This document shows positions 39,221-48,256 of a stretch of DNA of 59,159 nucleotides, one piece after another; position 1 is the first letter of the stretch; the number at the start of each line of letters is the position of its first letter. The notes under the pieces are model-generated. The model saw nothing but the letters and a program-made list of their open reading frames with translations, had not been told where the DNA came from and ran no database searches. Source of the stretch: Candidatus Woesebacteria bacterium (lineage in GTDB: Bacteria > Patescibacteriota > Microgenomatia > UBA8517); contig JAGUZK010000060.1 of assembly GCA_020060845.1 (NCBI GenBank), positions 1 through 59,159 on the forward strand. Direction: 5' to 3'. A program made the position numbers and the translations under genes.

Positions 39221-39261
39221 GTGATGTGGATTGGGAGGAATCTTATGCGTTTTAGATTGTT

Positions 39262-40515
39262 ATGAAGAATTTACTTGGTTTTAACCCTGAACCCCCAAAA
39301 ATAATGCATATTGATCTTAATTCTTGTTTCGCTTCAATTGAGCAACAGGCTAATCCTCTGCTTCGTGGAAAGCCAGTTGCAGTCGCAGCGTATGTTACCC
39401 CCAACGGCTGTATTTTAGCCGCATCAATTGAAGCTAAAAAATATGGAGTCAAGACAGGCATACGCGTCAAGGATGGCAAAAAACTTTGCCCAGGTCTAAT
39501 TGTCTTGTCCCCTGATCCTTGGAAGTATAGAAATGTACATTTAAGGCTAAAAAATCTTTTGCATAGTTACACGACAAAAGCTTATCCAATGAGCATTGAC
39601 GAGTTTGTTTTGGATTTGGAAGGGTATCCAGTGCTCAAAGAAGGTAACATTCACAAGGTGGCGATTGAGATAAAAGCAAGGATAAGGGAGGAGATTGGAG
39701 AATGGCTTAGGGTCTCAGTTGGGATTGCCCCTAACCGTTTTTTGGCAAAATTAGCCTCTAATTTGCAAAAGCCGGACGGCTTGGTTGAGATTAGTAAGAA
39801 TAATTTTCTGGAAATTTATTCAAGGCTCGATCTAGTAGATTTGCCTTATATTAAATTAAGAAATGCCGCAAGGCTTAATATGGTGGGAATTTACAGTGTT
39901 ATTGATTTTTACAAAGCCCCTGTATGGAAATTAAGAGCTGCCTTTGAATCAATAAATGGTTATTACTGGCATTTGCGTTTACATGGATACGAGATTGACG
40001 ACATTGTTTTTGCTAGGCGGAGTTTTGGAAATTCATATGCTTTGCCTAGACCCCTTTGTCTTCCAAGTGAGCTCTCTCCGATCTTAGCTAAACTGGTTGC
40101 AAAGACTGGTATGCGGCTAAGAAGCGCAGGCTACAAAGCAAGGGGTGTCCATCTTGCGATATCCTTTAGAGATGGAAGCTTTTGGCATAAGGGTGTTTCT
40201 TTCGATTACGAATTTTTTGATTCACGAGAAATTTTCAGAAGATCATTTGATCTTCTTTTGGATTGTCCTGTCAGAAAGGCAGTTAGGGAAATTGCTGTGT
40301 CTGTATTTAATTTGGTTAGGTTAGATAGTCTTCAGCTTAGTCTTTTTGAGAATAGCGAAAAAAGAAAAAAGATTATTGAGGCTATGGATAGGATAAATTT
40401 GCGCTGGGGGAATTTTGTAGTCGGACCGGTAAGAATGTTTTCTGCAAAGGATGCTGTGGCTGATAGAATTGCTTTTGGTGGAGTCAAGGAATTGGAGGAG
40501 TTTACTACTGCCTAG
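39262..40515 (+). CDS. dinB: Y-family DNA polymerase IV
   Basis: HIDLNSCFASIEQ, ASIEAK.YGVKTG, SIDE, SVGIAPN.FLAKLAS, QLSLF clamp motif. Confidence 0.92.
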   Translation: MKNLLGFNPEPPKIMHIDLNSCFASIEQQANPLLRGKPVAVAAYVTPNGCILAASIEAKKYGVKTGIRVKDGKKLCPGLIVLSPDPWKYRNVHLRLKNLLHSYTTKAYPMSIDEFVLDLEGYPVLKEGNIHKVAIEIKARIREEIGEWLRVSVGIAPNRFLAKLASNLQKPDGLVEISKNNFLEIYSRLDLVDLPYIKLRNAARLNMVGIYSVIDFYKAPVWKLRAAFESINGYYWHLRLHGYEIDDIVFARRSFGNSYALPRPLCLPSELSPILAKLVAKTGMRLRSAGYKARGVHLAISFRDGSFWHKGVSFDYEFFDSREIFRRSFDLLLDCPVRKAVREIAVSVFNLVRLDSLQLSLFENSEKRKKIIEAMDRINLRWGNFVVGPVRMFSAKDAVADRIAFGGVKELEEFTTA

Positions 40516-41006
40516 AGCTTAAGTATGACCGTGCTACCGGTTGTTATATTGTACTTTTCAGATAAACCTGCCATTACCTCAAGGACATAATCTACCTCTG
40601 AGGTTGGATAGTATAGCTTGAGTCTTGCATCAGGAGTTCCGGGAGAGGGGGGTTGAACACTTTTTTCAACACCTATAACTTTGTTGTCAGATATCCAAAT
40701 TATGTCAATTGGGATGACCATGTCTTTCATCCAGAAATTGGGCTTGGTTTTTGGGCTGAATTCAAAAAGCATTCCCTCGTCCTCGGTAAGATATCTCGTT
40801 CCCGAGAGCCCTTTTGCTTTCTCGTCGGGAGTACGGGCAATTTTGACTTTTATTGTTTTCCCTTCAATTGTTACAGAGGGAGATAGTTTATTATCATTTT
40901 TGGGCGATTGTTCAGGGTATTGGGGACTGCTTTTAGATAAAACTGAATACAGAATGAAAGCTATGATAATTAGTATGATTGCACCAGTCAGCTTGATAAC
41001 TTTCAT
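40512..41006 (-). CDS. DUF192-family protein
   Basis: KGLSG...EGMLF, FWMKDM.IPIDIIW, YVLEV.AG. Confidence 0.9.
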   Translation of the reverse strand: MKVIKLTGAIILIIIAFILYSVLSKSSPQYPEQSPKNDNKLSPSVTIEGKTIKVKIARTPDEKAKGLSGTRYLTEDEGMLFEFSPKTKPNFWMKDMVIPIDIIWISDNKVIGVEKSVQPPSPGTPDARLKLYYPTSEVDYVLEVMAGLSEKYNITTGSTVILKL

Positions 41007-41012
41007 TTGAGG

Positions 41013-41276
41013 CTAAAGTGAGGTCTGCAATTCACTCTCAATGTTTTGTAGCTCACTGTCAAGGTTATTAAAATCTGTACTTTTGAGATCCTTTTCTATT
41101 GATTCTATTTCTGTGTCTTGAGATTGGTTTTTGATTTTGGTTATCTCAGGATTTGAGGGCGGAGTCTCATAGCGTCTAGAGGAAAGAAAATTAAATGAAA
41201 AAATTATTACAGCCACCGCAATCCCAAGTAGTATGATTACGAAATATTTTCCGGTAAGACTTGTTTTTTTTGCCAT
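41013..41276 (-). CDS. Small membrane-anchored hypothetical protein
   Basis: N-terminal TM and acidic SIEKDL..TD...LD.EL tail. Confidence 0.65.
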   Translation of the reverse strand: MAKKTSLTGKYFVIILLGIAVAVIIFSFNFLSSRRYETPPSNPEITKIKNQSQDTEIESIEKDLKSTDFNNLDSELQNIESELQTSL

Positions 41277-41283
41277 ATTTTAC

Positions 41284-41967
41284 TTAGCTTGATTGTGTTG
41301 GTGTGACAGTTGGCATCTGAGTTGGGGATGGTTTGTTTTGCCCCACTCTTAATCCTTTTATATTGCCAATGACTTTAACAAGAATTTTATGAATCTCAAC
41401 TAACTTCTTTTTAATATCAAGAAGGGCATCTTTAATGATCTGAAAAGATCCTTTTGGATCTGTGGAGTTGAGAGTTTCATCAATAGTATTGTCAACTGCA
41501 GTGATATCTGCTTTTGCTTCTTCAAGAAGGCTTTTGGCTCTTGCGACCTCAGACTTTGCATAGGTCAGGTTTACATTTTCTTCAGATTCTATTTCTGTGA
41601 TCCTTCTCTCAATCCTTGAAATGAGGATATTTAATCTCTCTATCATAGCAAGGTATTTTTCTTTAATATGATCATAGAATCGTCTTATATTTTCTTTTCT
41701 TGTCTCAGAAAGTCTTGCCTGTCGAGTAGCCATAATTTGGTTTCTTATTTGAGCCTTTTCCAGCATTTGTTCTTGTCTCTGAAGCAGCAGTTTTTGTTTT
41801 TCTAGAATCCTTTGTTCCATCTTGATTCGTTTTCTTTCAAGTACTTCAGGAGGTATTTCTGCATTTGTGTTTCCTGCAATTATGATTCTCGGCGATAAGA
41901 CAAATATAGTAAGGAGTGAAGATACAAATAAAACGACCTTTCGCATTACTTCATTATTGCAACTCAA
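41284..41967 (-). CDS. Secreted coiled-coil protein with Pro/Thr tail
   Basis: Signal-like N-terminus, long heptad pattern, PSPTQMPTVTPT. Confidence 0.65.
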   Translation of the reverse strand: MSCNNEVMRKVVLFVSSLLTIFVLSPRIIIAGNTNAEIPPEVLERKRIKMEQRILEKQKLLLQRQEQMLEKAQIRNQIMATRQARLSETRKENIRRFYDHIKEKYLAMIERLNILISRIERRITEIESEENVNLTYAKSEVARAKSLLEEAKADITAVDNTIDETLNSTDPKGSFQIIKDALLDIKKKLVEIHKILVKVIGNIKGLRVGQNKPSPTQMPTVTPTQSS

Positions 41968-42112
41968 AAAAAATATGTCAAGCAGAAGATACCTTAATCT
42001 TTATTTTGAAGTTTTGAGGGTCTAGAGTTTATTGTACCTCAATTTTGGGGAACTTCAGAAGTCATTTGGCAAATTTTAAGAAGAAAAACGCATGCAGATT
42101 AGTGTTTGGAGG

Positions 42113-42198
42113 TGGTGCCCCGGAGAGGATTTGAACCTCTACGTCTTTTGGACACACGCTCCTAAAGCGTGCCTGTCTGCCAATTTCAGCACCGGGGC
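42113..42198 (-). tRNA. tRNA-Leu(TAG)
   Basis: Long variable arm, loop TT-TAG-GA, encoded CCA. Confidence 0.95.
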
Positions 42199-42224
42199 GT
42201 TGCTTAGTATTATAGCAGATTATG

Positions 42225-42755
42225 CTAGAGGCTGAATTCAACTCCTGTAGGATCAATCCTATTTATGAAAAAGCTAACTTTATATGGCCATTGTGGATTT
42301 GGAGGGCAATATACCCTGCCGATTTCCCAGATGCTTTTTAGGTTTTTATCGTAATATTTTTCCCTCAAGTTCTTTGACATTGACTCAATCGAGTCTTCCC
42401 AAGATTTGAACTTGTAGTTTCCCCCATTCCATCCGTATGCATTAAATGATCCTTGTGGAATTCTCTTTCCAAAAGTTGATTCAACTCCAGATATTGCGGG
42501 TAGCAGCCTCCAGTCAATTTCGTATAGATCAGCATAATATATAAAGTGTGAAGCATATTTGCTCAAAGGGGATTTGTATTTTGATAAAAAGCTCTCAAGT
42601 TTTGCAATTCGATGATCCTCAAGATTTGTATTAAATGTTTGGATTTTAGCTGAGTTTTGCACAAAAAGCTCCTGTGCCGAGACTACTGAGGCACAGTTAA
42701 AAAACATTGTCAAAGTGATAAATAATATATTTAAATTTCTGAGTGTTTTTCCCAT
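42225..42755 (-). CDS. Secreted lysozyme-like/glucosaminidase-domain protein
   Basis: Signal peptide; SPL, IDWRLLPAISGVESTFG, NAYGW, YCPP..W. Confidence 0.7.
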   Translation of the reverse strand: MGKTLRNLNILFITLTMFFNCASVVSAQELFVQNSAKIQTFNTNLEDHRIAKLESFLSKYKSPLSKYASHFIYYADLYEIDWRLLPAISGVESTFGKRIPQGSFNAYGWNGGNYKFKSWEDSIESMSKNLREKYYDKNLKSIWEIGRVYCPPNPQWPYKVSFFINRIDPTGVEFSL

Positions 42756-42760
42756 ATCTC

Positions 42761-42795
42761 AAAAAAAAGGAGGTATCTTTTTTGAAGATACCTCC
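42761..42795 (-). terminator. Intrinsic terminator in a 5' leader
   Basis: GGAGGTATCT-TCAAAAA-AGATACCTCC-TTTTTTTT ending 5 nt before the ATG at 42755. Confidence 0.85.
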
Positions 42796-42854
42796 AGGTA
42801 TGAAATTCCAACGCTTGCACAAGGAAAACTTGGTTTGCCTTGGAACGTGGCTGT

Positions 42855-42884
42855 AGTATAGCATAATACTATCGGATTTGTCAA
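42855..42884 (-). promoter_or_regulatory. Sigma70 promoter with extended -10
   Basis: TTGACA-18-(TGc)TATACT. Confidence 0.7.
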
Positions 42885-42942
42885 GAGATTGGCTCCACTA
42901 TGAAAAAGGCTGAAGAAGTGGGAATTTATTCAGAATATAGTG

Positions 42943-43698
42943 TTAGTCTTTTTTCTGTGCAAGTACGAAAATGGATGGTCCTATATTAAATACAGATAAG
43001 TGATTCTGGAAGAATTTTTCAATTTTCAAAAGAAGATCTATAGTGACATACCTTTTTAGGAAAGGTATTCTTATGTTTGAGACAGATATGCGATCAATTA
43101 TTATAAATCCCATTTCCTCAAGCTTTGCTTTTATATAGTCGGGATGATAATTTATAAAGGGAAGCGTCTTTTTTTTGATGTTTTTTTTGCTTCTTATGTC
43201 CCTTGAAAAAATATCTATGGGATAGGTCAAATTTCCTCTTATGAACTGATTGATGACCGCCTTTAGGTGCTTCTTATTAGCAAATTCGACGATCAAAAAT
43301 CCGCCTGGTTTTAGAGTCTTATAGATAGATGTCAGAGCTTTATCGAGGTCTTTGATGTGGTGCAGTACTCTAACTAGAATGACAAGATCGATTGACTCTT
43401 TTTTGATTTTTTTATCAATTTTTTCGATGCGAGATTGTATAAAACGAATTTTTTTGGATTTGTATTTTTCTCTTGCAAGTTTTAATAGTCTAGCTGAAGA
43501 GTCGGATAATATTATTTTATCAGCCCTGTAGAAGTATGTTGGTACGAGTCTTCCGTAACCAGCGCCATATTCAGCAATGACTTTTATCTTTTTTATTTTT
43601 CTTAGTAATGAGTTAAGTGCAATGAGTTCTGATTTGTGTTCATAATCTCTGCCTATCCAGTATGAGGGATAGTCGTATGTATCGTAGTGGGCTGACAT
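42943..43698 (-). CDS. Class I SAM-dependent methyltransferase
   Basis: EYGAGYGRL, VLHHI, LKPGGFLIVE. Confidence 0.88.
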   Translation of the reverse strand: MSAHYDTYDYPSYWIGRDYEHKSELIALNSLLRKIKKIKVIAEYGAGYGRLVPTYFYRADKIILSDSSARLLKLAREKYKSKKIRFIQSRIEKIDKKIKKESIDLVILVRVLHHIKDLDKALTSIYKTLKPGGFLIVEFANKKHLKAVINQFIRGNLTYPIDIFSRDIRSKKNIKKKTLPFINYHPDYIKAKLEEMGFIIIDRISVSNIRIPFLKRYVTIDLLLKIEKFFQNHLSVFNIGPSIFVLAQKKD

Positions 43699-43706
43699 AA
43701 TGCCAA

Positions 43707-44312
43707 TTACTTGAGCTTATCAATGTAGGCTTTTACATCGTCAGCCCAAGTTGTAGAATCAGGATGGGCGTAACGTGACATAATTTGTTCTGGAGTTACT
43801 AATCCCTTGTCAATATAGTTTTCTTTAAGTCCTTTGCTTACAGCATCAATTGCTTCTTCGAAGCTACTAAACCTAAGGGTGCCCTTGCTGTGTATTCCCC
43901 ATCCCCAGCAATTGTAGCTTTCCTCAGGGATTGCCCGGCAGGCGCCGGATTCTTTGGCAGCTATTGCAGGAATAAGCCTCCAGTCAATACCATAATTATC
44001 AGATGTCTGAACAATGTAACCTGCGAGGTTTGCAATAGGAGAGTTAAGGTTTGATAGGAATTTTTCTACTATAGCCTTTCTCGCGTCAGAGGAAACTATT
44101 GATGTTGTGATGAATGGGGCTTCTTGGGGGATGGAAGCGTAGACCATTGCTGATGGTCTTTTTTGATTGATGTTTTCCCCAAAATCATTATTTTTGATAA
44201 GAGACAGAGAGATTATGCTGAAAAGGAGAGTAAGTGGGGCTAATGTAAAAAAGACTATGACAAAAGTTATCTTTCGCCAAAAGCTAAATGGCATCTTGTA
44301 TTCCTCATCCAT
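43707..44312 (-). CDS. Membrane-anchored lysozyme-like/glucosaminidase-domain protein
   Basis: IDWRLIPAIAAKESG, NCWGWG, F.SFEEAI; paralog of 42225-42755. Confidence 0.7.
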   Translation of the reverse strand: MDEEYKMPFSFWRKITFVIVFFTLAPLTLLFSIISLSLIKNNDFGENINQKRPSAMVYASIPQEAPFITTSIVSSDARKAIVEKFLSNLNSPIANLAGYIVQTSDNYGIDWRLIPAIAAKESGACRAIPEESYNCWGWGIHSKGTLRFSSFEEAIDAVSKGLKENYIDKGLVTPEQIMSRYAHPDSTTWADDVKAYIDKLK

Positions 44313-44491
44313 GAATTCCAGATAACATTATAGCAGATATACCAAAACAATCTAACTTTTTTTGGATCTAGTGAATTAATCAAATGAAAAAGAAGTATTA
44401 GTAACCAAAGATCAGTATCCGTGCGTCTAATCTTGAGTAATATCTAAATATATTGTATAATTTATCCCATATTTTTGGTATTTTTGGGAGT

Positions 44492-45298
44492 ATGAATAGA
44501 GAACAATTTGATAGGCGCATGTTTCTTAAGCTAATGGGTCTGAGTGGACTCGCATCAGTTGTAGCCTTGGGAGGCTGCGATTTCAAAGATAATGATCTGG
44601 ACCTCGAAATTTCAAACTTGAGCAATTATGCCTACGAGAATTTTGGGATAGAGCTTAAGTGTGGTTCGTATCAGCAAGATTTTGAGAAGCAACAAGGAAT
44701 ATATTATGAGGGGGTTCCCAAGCAAAATTGTTTAGGGTTTATGGAACATGTGTTATCGTTGCTTCGCTTGTACCCCAGCAATTTATATCCTGTATCCGAT
44801 CCAAAAAGGAATAATTTATCTGTAATTTTAGTGGAAGATCTTTGGAGTAGGGCAACCCGTGCTGATGGAATTTATATTTCTTATTTTGGCAGACCAATTA
44901 TATATTTGTCCTCTATGAAGGAAGATGCGTTGCATCACGAGTTAGCTCATTATTTTGTGAGTACTTTGGATGTTGATGGCGCCCTGTGGAATAAATTCTT
45001 GGAACTATATGGACCTCTGGGGTACGGTAGCTATGGAGATAATCTAAACGATTGTAAGCGTCCTCCTTTAGGCTTTTTTACCTGCCATGGGGTAACCAGC
45101 CCCTGGGAAGATGCTGCAGATACGTTGGCAGCCATAATGTCTGGTGAGATTACCATCGATGAAAAGAAGTTGCAGAAAATGGAAGTTATGGAAAGACAAC
45201 TGGGAATTTGGTCTAATGGCAAAATGAATGATATTTTTTTCAGGCAGTTGAGAGAGAGTACTGACCACACAAGTTTTAATCCTTGGGGATATCCTTAG
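44492..45298 (+). CDS. Putative zinc metallopeptidase lipoprotein
   Basis: DRRMFLK twin-arginine-like motif, LGGC lipobox, HHELAH and WEDAAD. Confidence 0.65.
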   Translation: MNREQFDRRMFLKLMGLSGLASVVALGGCDFKDNDLDLEISNLSNYAYENFGIELKCGSYQQDFEKQQGIYYEGVPKQNCLGFMEHVLSLLRLYPSNLYPVSDPKRNNLSVILVEDLWSRATRADGIYISYFGRPIIYLSSMKEDALHHELAHYFVSTLDVDGALWNKFLELYGPLGYGSYGDNLNDCKRPPLGFFTCHGVTSPWEDAADTLAAIMSGEITIDEKKLQKMEVMERQLGIWSNGKMNDIFFRQLRESTDHTSFNPWGYP

Positions 45299-45904
45299 TA
45301 ACGTACAATATATGTCTAAATGAATTAATATGTGTAACTTTTAGAGTGATGACAGTATATTGCATTCTTTTCCACTTTATTGAACTTCGGTAACCTAGAC
45401 GTGCATCCTCTGTCAATTTTTATTGGAACCCCACAAACAAGTAGGGTATTCCAGAAAGGATTGTCTTTTGAGATGTTACACTGGGACGTTAGAAGATAAT
45501 CTTAATGGTGATTCAGATTGTCTCGGAATGGGACTTGCTGACAACATTCTATGTTAGTTAGATTATACCGGACCTTCAGGCGATTTGACGTCCATGTTCC
45601 TGCCTATGTGTATGTTTCATAGATTCCACTGGAGGGGGGTATGGGTTACCGTCGAGGTGGTGAGATCTAGTTCTTCATGAAGACAAGATTTGAACTGGTT
45701 TGACCATTTTTGACAAAAGAAAAGCGCCATTGGGATTAATTGAGATTGAAAGTAAGTTGAGGTAAGTGGGTTATGCTCACAGCTGTAGTTATACATAGTA
45801 TAACTACAGATACCTTCAATATACAAATCTTTCTCGCCCTTTGGCGCTTGTCTCTCTTGCTTGTGGCAATAGTCTTTGTTGCCTCTTGTAGGTCTAATTA
45901 CTTC

Positions 45905-46180
45905 TTAGTTGTGAAATACTGCTTTTCCTGCCCCAAATGCAAGACCTGCAAGAAAGAATGTGGCGATGATGAACCAAAAGATAGTGTTTGCTTCCTGATA
46001 CGTTATTGTTTGCTTAAAGATCACCTCCCATGCGCTGTGTATTGTCACTACGCATGATGCCCATACAATGAAAGGGGCAACCACTAACAATACAACTAAC
46101 AATACAACAAGAACGATGGAAAGCAAGCACTTGATGATGATCCGGTACTTATCAAGAAAAAACTTAATCCTTTCGAACAT
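45905..46180 (-). CDS. Small multi-TM hypothetical protein
   Basis: Hydrophobic 91-aa ORF with AGGAGGT Shine-Dalgarno. Confidence 0.65.
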   Translation of the reverse strand: MFERIKFFLDKYRIIIKCLLSIVLVVLLVVLLVVAPFIVWASCVVTIHSAWEVIFKQTITYQEANTIFWFIIATFFLAGLAFGAGKAVFHN

Positions 46181-46398
46181 TTTTACCTCCTGTATCCTTA
46201 TAGAAAATGTTTGGCTGCTCGAATGAGTAGCACCTCAAGCACGAGGCTAACTCATGCTAAAAATGCTACCCACTCGAAACTCAGGAAGGTATCAACTTCG
46301 GACTATCGCAACTTGTAAATGTGCAAGAGAGTTGAAAATGGTAATAAGACAGAAAAAGCGCAGCAAATCGCGCTCTTCCATCTACTTACTCAGAGAAA

Positions 46399-46427
46399 AT
46401 TATACCTGAAAATAACTCAAAAGTCAA
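46399..46427 (-). promoter_or_regulatory. Sigma70 promoter ahead of a long structured leader
   Basis: TTGACT-17-TATAAT. Confidence 0.7.
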
Positions 46428-46603
46428 ATATTATAGGTCTCTCAGGAAAATTGGCTCACCCTGAAATTAAGCTGAAAAGAGTTAGAAGCCGGTTGGATTT
46501 ACAAGATTAACTTTGAGTACCTTGGCGATCTCCACATCACATAGACAATGAGGTGATACTTGCCCAGTCCCAGATGACTTATATAGGTTAGATGACCTGA
46601 ATG

Positions 46604-46675
46604 TGATCCCGGAAGGATTCGAACCTTCGACCAATCGCTTAAGAGGCGACTGCTCTACCACTGAGCTACGGGACC
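46604..46675 (-). tRNA. tRNA-Lys(CTT)
   Basis: Cloverleaf, loop CT-CTT-AA. Confidence 0.95.
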
Positions 46676-46734
46676 TCTGTCAATTTAATGCTATTTTATC
46701 ATCTTTGGCTACTTTCTTTAAGATATATGGCTTT

Positions 46735-48009
46735 TTAACTGGGCTTTTTTTGGAAGTATACAAGTCCTGTGTGTCCTGGTGGGACTGATTGGGGATATAT
46801 TAATTTAAATAGAACGCCGTTTTTGGATCTTGTTGACCTTTCCCTGATCCAGATAGACTGACCTGTGTTTTTGGCAAATGCGTAACCAAATTTTCCTTCA
46901 TTTGTTTTGAAGATTGGTGGAAGAAGAATTGCAGTCAGAGATAAATCGGTGATAATAGATGGCTCTCCTTTGACTTTTTTGAGGTTTTGGATGTCAAAGT
47001 AGAAAAAATAAAAGCTTCCTGAAGGATCCTTCCACGAGAATTTCGAAAAGGGCTCTCCTTGATAATTGATAATAAAAGGGGTGATTGCCACTATATTTTT
47101 TTCTGTCCAAACCTCTTGAAATGCAATTGTAAGTCTTTTCCCCACTTCTTGAGGGGAAATAAGAATATGTCTTAATTCTTTCTTGTTTTGGTTATGTGCC
47201 CATCCAGTCTCTGTTATGAAGACCGGGAGTTCCTTCTTAAGCCCCAGTGATTTTAACGTTTCTATTTCGTGGACATAGGACTTGATAGAGACACTGTCCT
47301 TATCAAAAACAGATCCCGAAAATTCTGGGTTTGGATAAGAATGGGAATTCCAGCCATCAATAATATCAAGAATTTCTGGATTTTTTTTGACCATTCTCTT
47401 TATAAATTCTGTTGGGTTAAGGTGGAGATGGTTTGTTGGAGCTGAAGCATCTAGTGCTGCTGGGAGGATAAAAAAATCCTTGTTTTTTTCTTTAAGTGCT
47501 TTTGCAAACGCAAGTAAGTAGTCGGAATATTCCTCAGGATTTACTTCCCCACCCCACTCAATAGCGTGGTTTGGCTCATTGCCGATAACAACATAGCGAT
47601 TTTCAACAACCCAATTTAGGTTATTCAAGAAATCAACCCAGCCGGGAATTTCATTGAAATTACCCTTTTCCCAGCCTCCGTCTTTTTCCGCAGTAGCAAT
47701 TCGCAAAATTGGTATCAAGTGGAGCATGCGCATTTTGTCAAAAATTTTTTGCCAGCGGTTGTGATCTCTTTCTCCTTTCTGTATGACTATTGTTACGTAT
47801 CCCCAGTCGCCCCCGTTGCTATTAACGAGATTTGCTGCATCCTCTAGATCGGATTCGTCGTGGATATGTATCCCGTAAATGTTATTCGGGGTTGAGAGCG
47901 GATCTCGGGTAGCATATATATTTTTGGGTAAAACAAATTGGAATATAACTAGGATAGGAAACAATAAAGTAATCAGGCGCTTTAACATCTTATATAGTGG
48001 CAAGGGCAA
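46735..48009 (-). CDS. Secreted clan GH-A glycoside hydrolase
   Basis: GNEPN acid/base, HSYP, VFITETGW nucleophile; signal peptide. Confidence 0.8.
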   Translation of the reverse strand: MPLPLYKMLKRLITLLFPILVIFQFVLPKNIYATRDPLSTPNNIYGIHIHDESDLEDAANLVNSNGGDWGYVTIVIQKGERDHNRWQKIFDKMRMLHLIPILRIATAEKDGGWEKGNFNEIPGWVDFLNNLNWVVENRYVVIGNEPNHAIEWGGEVNPEEYSDYLLAFAKALKEKNKDFFILPAALDASAPTNHLHLNPTEFIKRMVKKNPEILDIIDGWNSHSYPNPEFSGSVFDKDSVSIKSYVHEIETLKSLGLKKELPVFITETGWAHNQNKKELRHILISPQEVGKRLTIAFQEVWTEKNIVAITPFIINYQGEPFSKFSWKDPSGSFYFFYFDIQNLKKVKGEPSIITDLSLTAILLPPIFKTNEGKFGYAFAKNTGQSIWIRERSTRSKNGVLFKLIYPQSVPPGHTGLVYFQKKPS

Positions 48010-48062
48010 ATGCTTTGATGGTTGTAAATTTGTTATTTATACTTATGGTATTTGCAAAGATG

Positions 48063-48135
48063 TGACCCTGGGAGGAGTTGAACCTCCAACCTTTCCCTTA
48101 GAAGGGGACTGCTCTATCCATTGAGCTACAGGGCC
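48063..48135 (-). tRNA. tRNA-Arg(TCT)
   Basis: Cloverleaf, loop CT-TCT-AA. Confidence 0.95.
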
Positions 48136-48256
48136 GAGCCTTATGAGGCGCTGGTAGTCTATGGACAAGCTTTGCTTCTCCATTGAGCTTGCCGGGCCTT
48201 AAGTATATTGTATTTTAGCAAAATATTGGTTATTTTGGTATAAATAATTGTTTTAC

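Noticed and set aside
45300-45900. Possible gene or ncRNA in a 600-nt gap
   Set aside because: Only short ORFs and weak hairpins; nothing supportable.
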